From Dehalococcoidales bacterium (lineage in GTDB: Bacteria; Chloroflexota; Dehalococcoidia; Dehalococcoidales; JAUWZL01): 64,000 nt of DNA. The notes below the pieces were generated by a model, which saw only the letters and a program-made list of their open reading frames with translations, was not told the DNA's origin and ran no database searches. Positions 10,422 through 19,561 of this stretch are shown piece by piece (the stretch's first letter is position 1; each line of letters opens with the position of its first letter). The translations under genes were made by a program, and so were the position numbers. The stretch covers positions 581-64,580 of the forward strand of contig DAOUMC010000019.1 of the NCBI GenBank assembly GCA_034413595.1, read 5' to 3'.

Positions 10422-11930
10422 ATGACCCGCACAGTTGAGGCCGATTTGAAACTATCGCTAAACAGCCCGGTTTTGTCACTGCTGAGCCGTCTAAACGACT
10501 ACCTTTTAAGACAAGATGTCAAGGCTTACATCGTTGGTGGTTTTGTGCGTGACCGGCTGCTGTCAAGAGACACGGCTGATGTTGACATCGCCCTGGGAGC
10601 AGACGCCCTTGAGGTCACCCCCGGAATAGCCGCTGTTCTTGGGGGCAAGTACGTTCTTATGGACAAGGCAAATCAGGTAGCCCGGGTAATTCTGACTAGA
10701 GAAGGAGACGCCGGCAACTGGCAGATAGATTTCTCAACTATCGAGGGCGGCATTGAAAAAGACCTCGGGCGGCGTGACTTCACCATTAACGCCGTAGCCG
10801 TCGACCTTGGTAGATTTGTTACAGGCGAGGCCCGATTTATAGACCCCTTCGGGGGACTTAAGGACATTCAGGACAGGACCGTCCGGGCGGTCAGCCAGAC
10901 AACGTTTGAGCAGGATGCCACCCGTCTGCTAAGGGCGGTGCGCCTGGCGGCCGAACTCGGCTTCACCGTCAGCCCGGAGACCGAGGAACTGATTCGGAAA
11001 AACTGTCACCTTATTTCGGGCGTCGCCGGGGAGAGGATAAGAGAAGAACTGCTAGGGCTGCTGGCGATTGTCGATAGCGGCAAGCTCTGGCTCTATCTGG
11101 ATGACCTGGGGTTATTAACGGCGCTGGTTCCGGAGCTGGGCCAGACCAAGGGGGTGGAACAGCCCAGAGAACACCGCTGGGATGTTTTCCACCATTCAGT
11201 CAGGGCGGTGGATGCCGTTGACTTTGTCCTCAGGCGGGGAGACTGGCAGCACGCTGACAGCAAGGTTCTGGACTATGTCCCATGGTCAACCGAGCTGGCG
11301 CGACACTTTGAGCTCAAGGTCAGTGGCGTAAGCACCAGAAGACTGCTGGTTAAGTTGGCGGCCCTCCTGCATGATATTGCCAAACCGAAGACCAAGGGCA
11401 TTACCGCCGGGGGCAGGGTCCGTTTTCTGGGTCACGCCAGGGAGGGGGCACCGGTAGCCGCTGATATCCTGAAAAGACTCAGGTTCAGCACCAGGGAAAC
11501 GAAACTGGTTGAAGCCGTTGTCCGTTACCATCTTCGCCCGGCCCAGATGAGCCGGGAGGAGGAACTGCCTACCAGGCGAGCTATCTACCGCTACTTCCGT
11601 GATGCCGGTGACGCCGCCATTGACACCCTCTTCTTCAGTCTGGCAGACCATCTGGCCACCAGAGGCTCGGACCTGGACATGGCCAACTGGCGGCAGCACG
11701 CCAGTGTGGTAGAACATGCCCTTAACCAACACCTCCAGCCGGAGAGTGTAACGGCCCCGTCCAGGCTGATAACCGGCCATGATTTGATGGAAAACTTCAA
11801 TCTCAGTCCGGGGCCCAGAATCGGGCAACTCCTTGAGGCAGTGCGGGAAGCCCAGGCCGCCGGTGAGGTGACCAGCCGGCAGGAAGCTATGGCTTATGTC
11901 CAGAACCATCTATTAACCCAGGTGGAGTGA
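10422..11930 (+). CDS. Class II tRNA nucleotidyltransferase (CCA-adding type) with C-terminal HD domain
   Basis: GGFVRDRLL...DVDIAL head domain, RRDFTINA, and HD motif LLHDIAKP...GH. The start was moved from TTG 10383 (which is the -35 box) to ATG 10422. Confidence 0.85.
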   Translation: MTRTVEADLKLSLNSPVLSLLSRLNDYLLRQDVKAYIVGGFVRDRLLSRDTADVDIALGADALEVTPGIAAVLGGKYVLMDKANQVARVILTREGDAGNWQIDFSTIEGGIEKDLGRRDFTINAVAVDLGRFVTGEARFIDPFGGLKDIQDRTVRAVSQTTFEQDATRLLRAVRLAAELGFTVSPETEELIRKNCHLISGVAGERIREELLGLLAIVDSGKLWLYLDDLGLLTALVPELGQTKGVEQPREHRWDVFHHSVRAVDAVDFVLRRGDWQHADSKVLDYVPWSTELARHFELKVSGVSTRRLLVKLAALLHDIAKPKTKGITAGGRVRFLGHAREGAPVAADILKRLRFSTRETKLVEAVVRYHLRPAQMSREEELPTRRAIYRYFRDAGDAAIDTLFFSLADHLATRGSDLDMANWRQHASVVEHALNQHLQPESVTAPSRLITGHDLMENFNLSPGPRIGQLLEAVREAQAAGEVTSRQEAMAYVQNHLLTQVE

Positions 11931-13291
11931 CAGGAAATATGCCCAGAAGAAACACGCTAATTCTAATAGCAGCTCTGGCAATCTTTGCCCTGGCGGTACT
12001 GGTGGCCTTCCCCCTTGAGGCGGGGATTCTGGGGAAAAAGGGGATAAGGCTGGGCCTGGACCTGCAGGGTGGCACCCGCATTGTTTATAAGGCTGACCTG
12101 TCCTCAATAGACCCAAGCCAGTGGGATAGCACCATTGCCGGAGTGATCGCCGTTGTAGAAAACAGGATAAATCCTCTGGGAGTGACCGAATCGTCAGTTC
12201 GTAAACTGGGCAGCGACGAGATACTCATTGAGATACCGGGGAAAAGCCTCACCGACGCCGAAAAGGAGAGCCTGTCACGGGTGGCACTGCTGGAGTTCGG
12301 GGAGCTGGTGACCGGCGATGAACCCTACAAGTGGGAGGACGAGCTGGGCAAGTGGAAACCGGCCACTGCCGTGATTGATGGCGTGGAAAAGGAGCTGACC
12401 AGCCAGTACTTCCAGGAGAACACCTATGTAACCGCGGGCAACCAGGGCCAAATACTGCTGGCATTCCAGTGGAATGACGAAGGCAGCCAGCTATCTGAAG
12501 ACATTACCAGCCGTTTGGTGGGCCAGCGACTGGGTATCTTTGAGGGCGACCAGCCGCTAAGGGGAGACGACGGACAGCCCATAGCTCCGGTTGTCCAGTC
12601 GGTGATAACCCAGCGGGGGCAGATAGAGGGGCTCAGCCTTAATGAGGCCACCCGGTTATCCAGACAGCTCAACGCCGGGCGGCTGCCGGTGCCCCTAGAG
12701 AGAACCGGTGATGAAAAGACTATTGAGCCCTGGCTGGGAGCAGACTTCGTGTCCAAGAGCGTCAAAGCCGGGATAATAGGCATCCTGGCAACCATGCTTT
12801 TCATGATTAGCTACTATCGCCTGTCGGGGCTGATGGCCAGCCTGGCACTGATTTACTATGCCGTTCTGACCCTGGCCATCTTCAAGCTGGTCGGGGTTAC
12901 CCTCACACTGGCCGGCATCGGTGGTTTCGTTCTGTCAGTGGGCATGGCCATAGACGCCAATGTGCTCATCTTTGAGCGGATAAAGGAAGAGATGTGGGGG
13001 GGACGAGGCCTGGGGGCGGCGCTTAACGCCGGCTTCAGTCGTGCCTGGCCGGCGATATGGGACAGCAACATCACCACAATACTGGCCGGGGCCGTTCTGT
13101 ACTGGCTGGGCAGTATCAGCATCGTCGCCAGCGATATGGCCAAGGGTTTTGCGGTGACACTGGTCATCGGCGTGGCCGTAAGCATGTTTACCGCGATAAC
13201 GGTTACCCGGACTTTCCTTCTTCCCTTTGTGGGCACCGGCCTAGCCAGACATCCATCGCTGTTTGCTCCCTATCAGAGGAAGCCCAAATGA
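11927..13291 (+). CDS. secD: Protein translocase subunit SecD
   Basis: LGLDLQGG and a C-terminal 6-TM block with AIDANVLIFERIKEE. Confidence 0.92.
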   Translation: MTGNMPRRNTLILIAALAIFALAVLVAFPLEAGILGKKGIRLGLDLQGGTRIVYKADLSSIDPSQWDSTIAGVIAVVENRINPLGVTESSVRKLGSDEILIEIPGKSLTDAEKESLSRVALLEFGELVTGDEPYKWEDELGKWKPATAVIDGVEKELTSQYFQENTYVTAGNQGQILLAFQWNDEGSQLSEDITSRLVGQRLGIFEGDQPLRGDDGQPIAPVVQSVITQRGQIEGLSLNEATRLSRQLNAGRLPVPLERTGDEKTIEPWLGADFVSKSVKAGIIGILATMLFMISYYRLSGLMASLALIYYAVLTLAIFKLVGVTLTLAGIGGFVLSVGMAIDANVLIFERIKEEMWGGRGLGAALNAGFSRAWPAIWDSNITTILAGAVLYWLGSISIVASDMAKGFAVTLVIGVAVSMFTAITVTRTFLLPFVGTGLARHPSLFAPYQRKPK

Positions 13292-14202
13292 TTAATATTA
13301 TTGGCCATAGATTCTGGTTCTTCCTGATTTCGGGGATAGTCATCCTGGCCGGAATTATCGCCCTCATCGTCTTTGGCCTTCATCCCGGTATTGAGTTCAA
13401 AAGCGGTTCTGAGATCACCATAAGTTTTGAGCAGCCGGTGGCCAAGGAACAGGTGGTCCAGGCACTATCCGACCTGGGTTACGGCGCCGGCAGTGCCATC
13501 GTTCGGAAATCGGGCACCGACTTCATCATTGACCTGCCCGAGCTTAATGACGAAGCCAAAACGGAACTGCTTGCCGGTCTGACCGACAGACTGGGGCCAT
13601 TTCAGGACGGGGGCTTCCAGTTGGTGTCGGCAAAGGCGGCCGCTGACACCACACGCAATGTTGCCATCGCCGTGGCTATCTCGGCCCTTGGCATGCTGCT
13701 CTATATAAGCTGGGCCTTCCACCGCATGCCCAATCCTCTCCGCTGGGGTACCTGCGCCATAGTCGCCCTTGTCCACGATGTACTGGTGGTGGTGGGTGTG
13801 TTTGCCATCCTGAGTGGTATATTCGGCTGGCAGGTTGACCTGATGTTTATCGCCGGCGTTCTGACCGTCATCGGCTACAGTGTCAACGATACCATAGTCA
13901 TCTTCGATAGAATACGGGAGAAGGTGAGCCGAAATCCCGGGGCTGAATTCGAAGCCCTGGTCAATAACAGCCTGCTCGAGACCCTGTCCCGTTCCCTTAT
14001 CACCGGGTTGGGCACACTGTTCGTGCTGGTGGCACTTCTCTTATTCGTGGGCACCTCAATCCAGAACCTGGTGGTGGTGCTTCTGGCAGGAATTGTCACC
14101 GGGAGCTACAGCTCATTTGGTACCGCCGCCTCCCTGCTGGTGGTCTGGGAGAAAAGGGAGTGGGGAAGGCTTATCCCCTGGCGGTCAACAAAAGCGGGGT
14201 GA
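13288..14202 (+). CDS. secF: Protein translocase subunit SecF
   Basis: MINIIGHRFWFFLISG and YSVNDTIVIFDRIRE. ATG 13288 overlaps the secD stop. The longer track ORF (13057) is an out-of-frame extension over secD. Confidence 0.9.
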   Translation: MINIIGHRFWFFLISGIVILAGIIALIVFGLHPGIEFKSGSEITISFEQPVAKEQVVQALSDLGYGAGSAIVRKSGTDFIIDLPELNDEAKTELLAGLTDRLGPFQDGGFQLVSAKAAADTTRNVAIAVAISALGMLLYISWAFHRMPNPLRWGTCAIVALVHDVLVVVGVFAILSGIFGWQVDLMFIAGVLTVIGYSVNDTIVIFDRIREKVSRNPGAEFEALVNNSLLETLSRSLITGLGTLFVLVALLLFVGTSIQNLVVVLLAGIVTGSYSSFGTAASLLVVWEKREWGRLIPWRSTKAG

Positions 14203-14213
14203 GGTAAAGGGCG

Positions 14214-15137
14214 ATGTTCTCTACGCCAAGTGGTGCCGCCAGGCTCCTGCTCATCACCGTCATCGGGCTGTTCGGACTCAAGATTGCCGTCGGTGTCGTC
14301 ACCGGCAGTATAAGCATCTGGGCCCAGGCTGTAGATAGCTCTCTGGACATATTCGCCGTAGTCATCACCTTCCTTACCATCGGTTACTCAGCCAAGCCGG
14401 CTGACCAGGAGCACCCCTTCGGCCACGGCAAGGTTGAGAATATAGCCGCCGGCATCCAGGCGCTTCTTCTCTTTGGCGCCGCCAGCATCATAATCTATTC
14501 CGCTGTCCTGCGCATCATCAAGGGTGAGGCAATCCAGCTCACTGAAGCCGGCATCGGCATTATGCTGGTCTCTATGATAGCCAGCATCCTGTTATCCCGG
14601 CATCTTTTTCGTGTTGCCAGGGCTACCGGCTCGGTAGCCCTGGAGGCCAACGCCAACAACCTCACCGGTGACATATACTCTACGGCCGGGGTGCTGGCAG
14701 GACTAACCATCGTCCGAATTGGCACCTTTTTTGGGCTTGACCTGTATATTATTGACCCGATTGTCGCCCTCGGAGTATCGCTACTCATCCTGGGAGCCAC
14801 CTATCGTGTCAGCCGGATGGCCTGGGAAGGGCTGATTGATGTCAGGCTACCCAGGGCCGAGGAGGCCGAAATCAGCTCCATTCTGAATGAACACACCGGC
14901 CAGCTGGTAGGCTTCCACCAACTGCGTACCAGAAAAGCAGGCAGCCGGCGTTATATTGACCTTCATCTGGAAATGCCCAAGAATACCAGTGTCGAAGACG
15001 CCCACCGGATATGTGACCACCTGGAGCAGGACCTGGAGAAAAGACTGAAAAATGCCGACGTCACCATTCATGTTGAACCCTGCACCATAGAGTGCAACCA
15101 GTGCTCCGTCGTCTGCAACGTGCGAAAAAGAGCCTAG
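14214..15137 (+). CDS. Cation diffusion facilitator (CDF) metal efflux transporter
   Basis: SLDIFAVVI...HPFGHGKVE signature, 6 TM segments and a C-terminal cytoplasmic domain. Confidence 0.85.
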   Translation: MFSTPSGAARLLLITVIGLFGLKIAVGVVTGSISIWAQAVDSSLDIFAVVITFLTIGYSAKPADQEHPFGHGKVENIAAGIQALLLFGAASIIIYSAVLRIIKGEAIQLTEAGIGIMLVSMIASILLSRHLFRVARATGSVALEANANNLTGDIYSTAGVLAGLTIVRIGTFFGLDLYIIDPIVALGVSLLILGATYRVSRMAWEGLIDVRLPRAEEAEISSILNEHTGQLVGFHQLRTRKAGSRRYIDLHLEMPKNTSVEDAHRICDHLEQDLEKRLKNADVTIHVEPCTIECNQCSVVCNVRKRA

Positions 15138-16168
15138 GACAGACGATGGAGCCGGCTCGCTTTTTCAACCAGCAAAGAGACGTCTGGCGCCTTGATGACA
15201 TACGGCGGCTGCCCCACGGGGTCTTCGATATCGGCCTTGCCCAGAAGGATGTCAAAGGCGGCCCCCACTGAAGAAGAAAGCGCCGCCAGGTCATAGCCAC
15301 CCTCCAGGCTCAGCACCAGACGCCCGTGACACAGTTCATTCGCCAGATTTTTAATCGTACCTACCAACCGGGCAAAACCGGTGACAGTAACCTGCATCAT
15401 CGCCAGTTCATCAGCCCAGTGGCCGTCATAGCCCGCCGAGACCAGGATGAGCCGGGGCTCAAAGCGCCTGGTTACCGGGACAACAACCTCCTCAAAGACC
15501 GTCTGATATTCACCGTCACCGCAGCCGGCGGGCAGGGGAACGTTCACCGTGGTGCCCTGACCGAGCCCGATGCCGGTCTCTTCGATGCCTCCGCTTCCCG
15601 GGTAGTAGGGGTACTGGTGGGTTGATATATAGAGCACCCGGGGGTCGTCATAGAAGGCTTCCTGGATGCCATTGCCGTGATGAACATCAAAATCAATGAT
15701 GGCCACGCGCTCAAGGTCATACCTGGCCAGAGCGTAGCTGGCGGCGACAGCCACATTGTTAAACAGGCAGAAGCCCATCGCCATCCGGGCGGTGGCGTGG
15801 TGCCCCGGAGGCCTGACCAGGGCAAAGGCGCTGGCCACCCTGCCCTCCACAACCGCCTCGGTGGCGGCAATAACACCGCCGGCGGCATAACTGGCGGCTA
15901 AGTACGAGCCCGGGGAGACAACCGTATCCGAGTCAAGCCAGCCACCACCCACTTCGGCCACTTCCTGAATGTGCCTTATGTAATCCTCCTCATGCACCAA
16001 GGCTAGCTCCTGAACGGTGGCCGGGCGGGGCTCAACGGACACAAGCTGCCGTCTAAGCCCGGCCTGTTCAAGGTGAGACGTGACCGCCTCCAGCCGCCGG
16101 GCATTCTCAGGGTGTTGCCCGGTGTCATGCCTCAGATAGACGGGGTCATAGACCAGGCCAACGGTCAT
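15134..16168 (-). CDS. Histone deacetylase-family (arginase-fold) deacetylase
   Basis: RPPGHHA, DFDVHHGNG and GGY motifs. Confidence 0.88.
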   Translation of the reverse strand: MTVGLVYDPVYLRHDTGQHPENARRLEAVTSHLEQAGLRRQLVSVEPRPATVQELALVHEEDYIRHIQEVAEVGGGWLDSDTVVSPGSYLAASYAAGGVIAATEAVVEGRVASAFALVRPPGHHATARMAMGFCLFNNVAVAASYALARYDLERVAIIDFDVHHGNGIQEAFYDDPRVLYISTHQYPYYPGSGGIEETGIGLGQGTTVNVPLPAGCGDGEYQTVFEEVVVPVTRRFEPRLILVSAGYDGHWADELAMMQVTVTGFARLVGTIKNLANELCHGRLVLSLEGGYDLAALSSSVGAAFDILLGKADIEDPVGQPPYVIKAPDVSLLVEKASRLHRLS

Positions 16169-16788
16169 AAACCCGCCTCCATCGCCGACTGGATGCCTGA
16201 TACCAGATACCAGACCCCAAAACCGGCAAGGGCCAGGCTGCCGCCGATAAACAGCCTCTCCTGAACCTTCCTTCCCCAGAGTGAGTGGGTACGATAGACC
16301 AGGTTGGAAATGAACGACAGCCAGACCAGGTCACACGACCAGTGGATGACGGTCAACAGAGCCAAGCCTACGGCACCAAAATCAATGATTCTCATAATTA
16401 GCATAAAGCCGATGGTCGCCCACCACAGCAGGAAAAAGGGGTTAAGGATACTGGTCAGTATCCCGGCAATGAAAGAGTTGTAGGGCAGGTCCCGGCTCTT
16501 CTGAACCAGCCCGACACGGGCACGGAACATGGCTATACCCAGCCAGATAGTCACGCCGCTGCCGGCAACGCTGAGCACCAGCCGGGCTACATCATTCTCA
16601 AAGAACCGGGCAAAGCCAAAGTATATCAGCACTATCAGCGGGACTTCTATCACCGCGTGCCCCAGCGAAATCCAGACACCGGCCCAGGCAGACTTAAGGC
16701 TTTTGGCCAGAGTAACTCCAAACATGAGCCCTGGCATCATCACCCCGGAAAAGGAATACACGACCACGCTCAACAGAACCGGCAGCAC
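16165..16788 (-). CDS. LysE/RhtB-like small-molecule exporter (6-TM membrane protein)
   Basis: Size and TM pattern only. ATGA overlap with the deacetylase gene. Confidence 0.4.
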   Translation of the reverse strand: MLPVLLSVVVYSFSGVMMPGLMFGVTLAKSLKSAWAGVWISLGHAVIEVPLIVLIYFGFARFFENDVARLVLSVAGSGVTIWLGIAMFRARVGLVQKSRDLPYNSFIAGILTSILNPFFLLWWATIGFMLIMRIIDFGAVGLALLTVIHWSCDLVWLSFISNLVYRTHSLWGRKVQERLFIGGSLALAGFGVWYLVSGIQSAMEAGL

Positions 16789-16891
16789 AATAAGCCCCCC
16801 AGCCAGATTTAGTTCCTCATTATAACATTTAGAAAGATTTCAAGAGAGAAAGAAGGGGTGAGGCAAAAGACAAGACAGTGCAATACTTGGC

Positions 16892-16920
16892 TTGAGTCCA
16901 CCAGCCCGATGAACTATACT
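16892..16920 (+). promoter_or_regulatory. Promoter TTGAGT-17-TATACT for the nurA operon
   Basis: The hexamers are at 16892-16897 and 16915-16920. The ATG follows 10 nt after the -10, with no SD. Confidence 0.45.
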
Positions 16921-16930
16921 ATCGGCAGAG

Positions 16931-18139
16931 ATGAGCCTGGACTTAAACAAGGTCGCCCCTCAGATTGACGACATGGCAGCCCGGCTAAAGGCAGGCGGCC
17001 AAAAACGGCAGCAACATCTCCTCAAAGCGCTGGGCATATTAAACGATGAGGCCATCAACCTTGACCACCTGAAGACTAAAATCGCCTCAGGCAAGACCAC
17101 CTGGCTGGTAGCCGGGCTGGTGGACAGCCTCAACCGGCACTATGAGGCACCACCACCCCCCGAAGAGTTCACCGTCATCGCCAGCGACGGCTCTCAAATT
17201 GATGTCGACCGCCACCAGCCCACCAGGTGCTACCTGATAAATATAGGCAGTGTTACCCTTAGCTATGGCACAAGACCAAGCGCCGCCCTTGATAGCTTCC
17301 CCAGTCTCTATTCCGGGGATGACGACCTGGTTATAGCGTCACCCGAGGGCGGGCGCGAGCTACCAGTGGAAGGCACGCTGCTGAACATCAAGCGCTGCGT
17401 TGAAGAGTGCCGCCACCTGACCAGTCTGGCAGACGGGCTGCCCCCGGACACCCCCGTTCTGGCACTGCTTGACGGCTCGCTAATTCTCTGGGGTCTGGCC
17501 AGCAAAGACTACCCGGAATTTGTCATCAAGGTGCTGCTGGACAGAGGTTTCATCCACTGTCTCGATGAAATAAAGAGGCTAAGCCAGGACAGAATAATCG
17601 CCCTGGCCAGCTACATCAGCTACCCACGCTCCACTGACGTCGTCAATACCCTACGGGTGGCCATCTGCCCCAATGATGTGGCCGACTGCGACCGCTACTG
17701 TGCCCATAACCCTTTGCGGGGACAGGAGTGTGACGCCGTAGCCGGCGTCCAGGACAGGGAGCTATTCTTCAACCTGCTAGCTGCCGGCGAAAGGTCGGCC
17801 CTGTTCATCAGCCAGTCGTCAATAGTCCAGAAACGCTACGGTGTTCACAGGGTCTATTTCTTCTACCTCAAAGTTGATGATGAAATAGCCAGGGTTGAGG
17901 TTCCCCAGTGGGTGGCACTGGATAAAAATCTGCTGGGCCTGGTTCACGCCCTGGTCCTGGACCAGTGCCGGCGGGGGCAGGGCTATCCGGTGGCGTTATC
18001 CGAGGCCCACGAACAGGCGGTAATAAGCTCTGCCGACCGTGACAACTTCCAGCAGCTTGTAGAGCAATGGCTAATGCAAGAGCACCTGCCCGTGGCGACC
18101 TCAGCCAAGAGCCGGAGCAAAAGGACGAGATGGATTTAG
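16931..18139 (+). CDS. nurA: NurA-domain nuclease
   Basis: FTVIASDGSQID and LALLDGSLILW, the two acidic DGS motifs typical of the NurA domain. About 400 aa. Confidence 0.7.
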   Translation: MSLDLNKVAPQIDDMAARLKAGGQKRQQHLLKALGILNDEAINLDHLKTKIASGKTTWLVAGLVDSLNRHYEAPPPPEEFTVIASDGSQIDVDRHQPTRCYLINIGSVTLSYGTRPSAALDSFPSLYSGDDDLVIASPEGGRELPVEGTLLNIKRCVEECRHLTSLADGLPPDTPVLALLDGSLILWGLASKDYPEFVIKVLLDRGFIHCLDEIKRLSQDRIIALASYISYPRSTDVVNTLRVAICPNDVADCDRYCAHNPLRGQECDAVAGVQDRELFFNLLAAGERSALFISQSSIVQKRYGVHRVYFFYLKVDDEIARVEVPQWVALDKNLLGLVHALVLDQCRRGQGYPVALSEAHEQAVISSADRDNFQQLVEQWLMQEHLPVATSAKSRSKRTRWI

Positions 18140-18149
18140 GAGGTGATCT

Positions 18150-18536
18150 TTGGAGAGCCGGAAACACCGCCTGGCAAAATCAATGAGATGGGTAGCACGG
18201 GTTATGGTGCTGGCTGCCGCCGGGCTCTTCCTGACCTTCCTCATTGGCGAAGCTCTCGGTGCCGGTCTGGACTTGGGTTCAGAGTCAATCACCACAGAAG
18301 GCATCTCGCTGATTGCGCTGGTAGGCATTGCCCTGATTGGCTGTGCTATATCCTGGTGGCGGGAGTGGCTGGCCGGCGTGCTGCTGGTTTTGGTTTCCAT
18401 CGGATTTGGCGTCCATATTGGTGTCTATGCCAGGAGCAACTACCTCCCGGCCTGGTTGATAGCCGGTCTGCCTTATCTTATCGCCGGGATGCTATTATTT
18501 ACCTCCCAGTGGCTGAGAGGAAGGCAGGCTAATTAA
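18150..18536 (+). CDS. 4-TM membrane protein of unknown function
   Basis: TTG start 6 nt after AGGAGG (18138-18143). Four hydrophobic helices. It was chosen over the overlapping 18143 frame, which has no TM or SD logic. Confidence 0.6.
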   Translation: MESRKHRLAKSMRWVARVMVLAAAGLFLTFLIGEALGAGLDLGSESITTEGISLIALVGIALIGCAISWWREWLAGVLLVLVSIGFGVHIGVYARSNYLPAWLIAGLPYLIAGMLLFTSQWLRGRQAN

Positions 18537-18607
18537 AATTATACAATCTGCTATTATTAGGTGGTAGAAGAGGTGGGTGTATAGTTTAAGGCAGGAAGGA
18601 GATCATT

Positions 18608-18769
18608 ATGTCACCGGAAGGGAAAGGTGGCGGTGCACCCGGCAGCTTCGCTGGTATCCTCTGGTTTATCGGCTGGCTGTTCACCATCGGCTTCGCCCAT
18701 CTGGTCTGGTGGAAAATCATACTCGGTATCGTGGTCTGGCCATTCTTCTTGGGCCAAGCCGTAGGGTAA
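18608..18769 (+). CDS. 53-aa two-TM membrane peptide (below the ORF-track cutoff)
   Basis: AAGGAG SD 6 nt before the ATG. Translation: MSPEGKGGGAPGSFAGILWFIGWLFTIGFAHLVWWKIILGIVVWPFFLGQAVG. Confidence 0.5.
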   Translation: MSPEGKGGGAPGSFAGILWFIGWLFTIGFAHLVWWKIILGIVVWPFFLGQAVG

Positions 18770-18815
18770 TAAGTTATCAGCCTCTTAGAGACAGACTGTA
18801 AAGGAGGTTAGACAA

Positions 18816-18884
18816 ATGGGCACTAAAGGCAGAAAGAACGTGAAGAAGCCCAAGCAGAAAAAAGACAAGAAGAAAAAAGGGTAA
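18816..18884 (+). CDS. 22-aa lysine-rich micro-ORF
   Basis: AAAGGAGG SD 8 nt upstream. Translation: MGTKGRKNVKKPKQKKDKKKKG, then TAA. Confidence 0.4.
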   Translation: MGTKGRKNVKKPKQKKDKKKKG

Positions 18885-18964
18885 AAGAATCAAACAGTAT
18901 GCTCTCCCAATCTTTTTGATGAGTCAAGGGGAGGTGACCCGGAACCCGCGGGTAGCAGTCAAAC

Positions 18965-19561
18965 ATGGTTGAATTATCAAAGAAAGTTGGCGAGGTCATA
19001 GAAGCCAGCACCACTGACTTTACCGCCCAGTGCTATGAGCTCTATCAGATTCCGCCGCTGGGCAGTCTGGTCAAGACCGGGGGCTCAGAGCTTGAGCTAT
19101 ACGGTGTGGTCTGTAGTGCCGCCACCGCCAGCCTTGAGCCCGGGCGCCGTCCCATAGCCCGGGGCAGGGACGAGACAAGCGAGGAGGCCATCTACAGGTC
19201 CAGTCCCCAGCTTGAAAGGCTGCTCAGGAGCGAGTTCGGCGCCCTGGTGGTCGGGCATAAGACAAACGACAGGATTTACCACTACCTGCCGCCCGAGCCG
19301 GCGCGCATCCACGGCTTCGTCTACCTCTGCCCGCCACAAGAGGTCAAAGATTTCAGCCAGTCCCTGGACTTCCTCAACCTGATGCTCAACGCCAGCCTGC
19401 CCATACCCAAGGACGAGCTTATCTCTGCCTGCCTGCGCCAGATGAGTCAGGTGCAGGAAGACAGCCGCCGCTTCCTGGTTACTGCCGGCAGAGAGCTGGC
19501 CGGCCGGCTCAGCGGCGATTTTGACCAGCTAAGAGCCATCCTGGAGAGGATGAGGCCATGA
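18965..19561 (+). CDS. 198-aa protein with a HerA-like N-terminal barrel pattern and no P-loop
   Basis: KVGEVIEASTTDFTAQCYE...LGSLVKTGGSELELYGVVCSAAT resembles the barrel at the HerA N-terminus next door. The stop overlaps the herA ATG (ATGA). Confidence 0.6.
   Translation: MVELSKKVGEVIEASTTDFTAQCYELYQIPPLGSLVKTGGSELELYGVVCSAATASLEPGRRPIARGRDETSEEAIYRSSPQLERLLRSEFGALVVGHKTNDRIYHYLPPEPARIHGFVYLCPPQEVKDFSQSLDFLNLMLNASLPIPKDELISACLRQMSQVQEDSRRFLVTAGRELAGRLSGDFDQLRAILERMRP

Noticed and set aside
13057-13287. An upstream extension of the secF ORF.
   Set aside because: It overlaps the secD C-terminal TM region out of frame. ATG 13288 gives the canonical SecF N-terminus and overlaps the secD stop.
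18143-18801. Alternative frames reported by the track (129 aa at 18143 and 74 aa at 18577).
   Set aside because: The 18150 frame has an AGGAGG SD and four clean TM helices. The 18608 frame has an SD and two TM helices. The alternative frames have neither.
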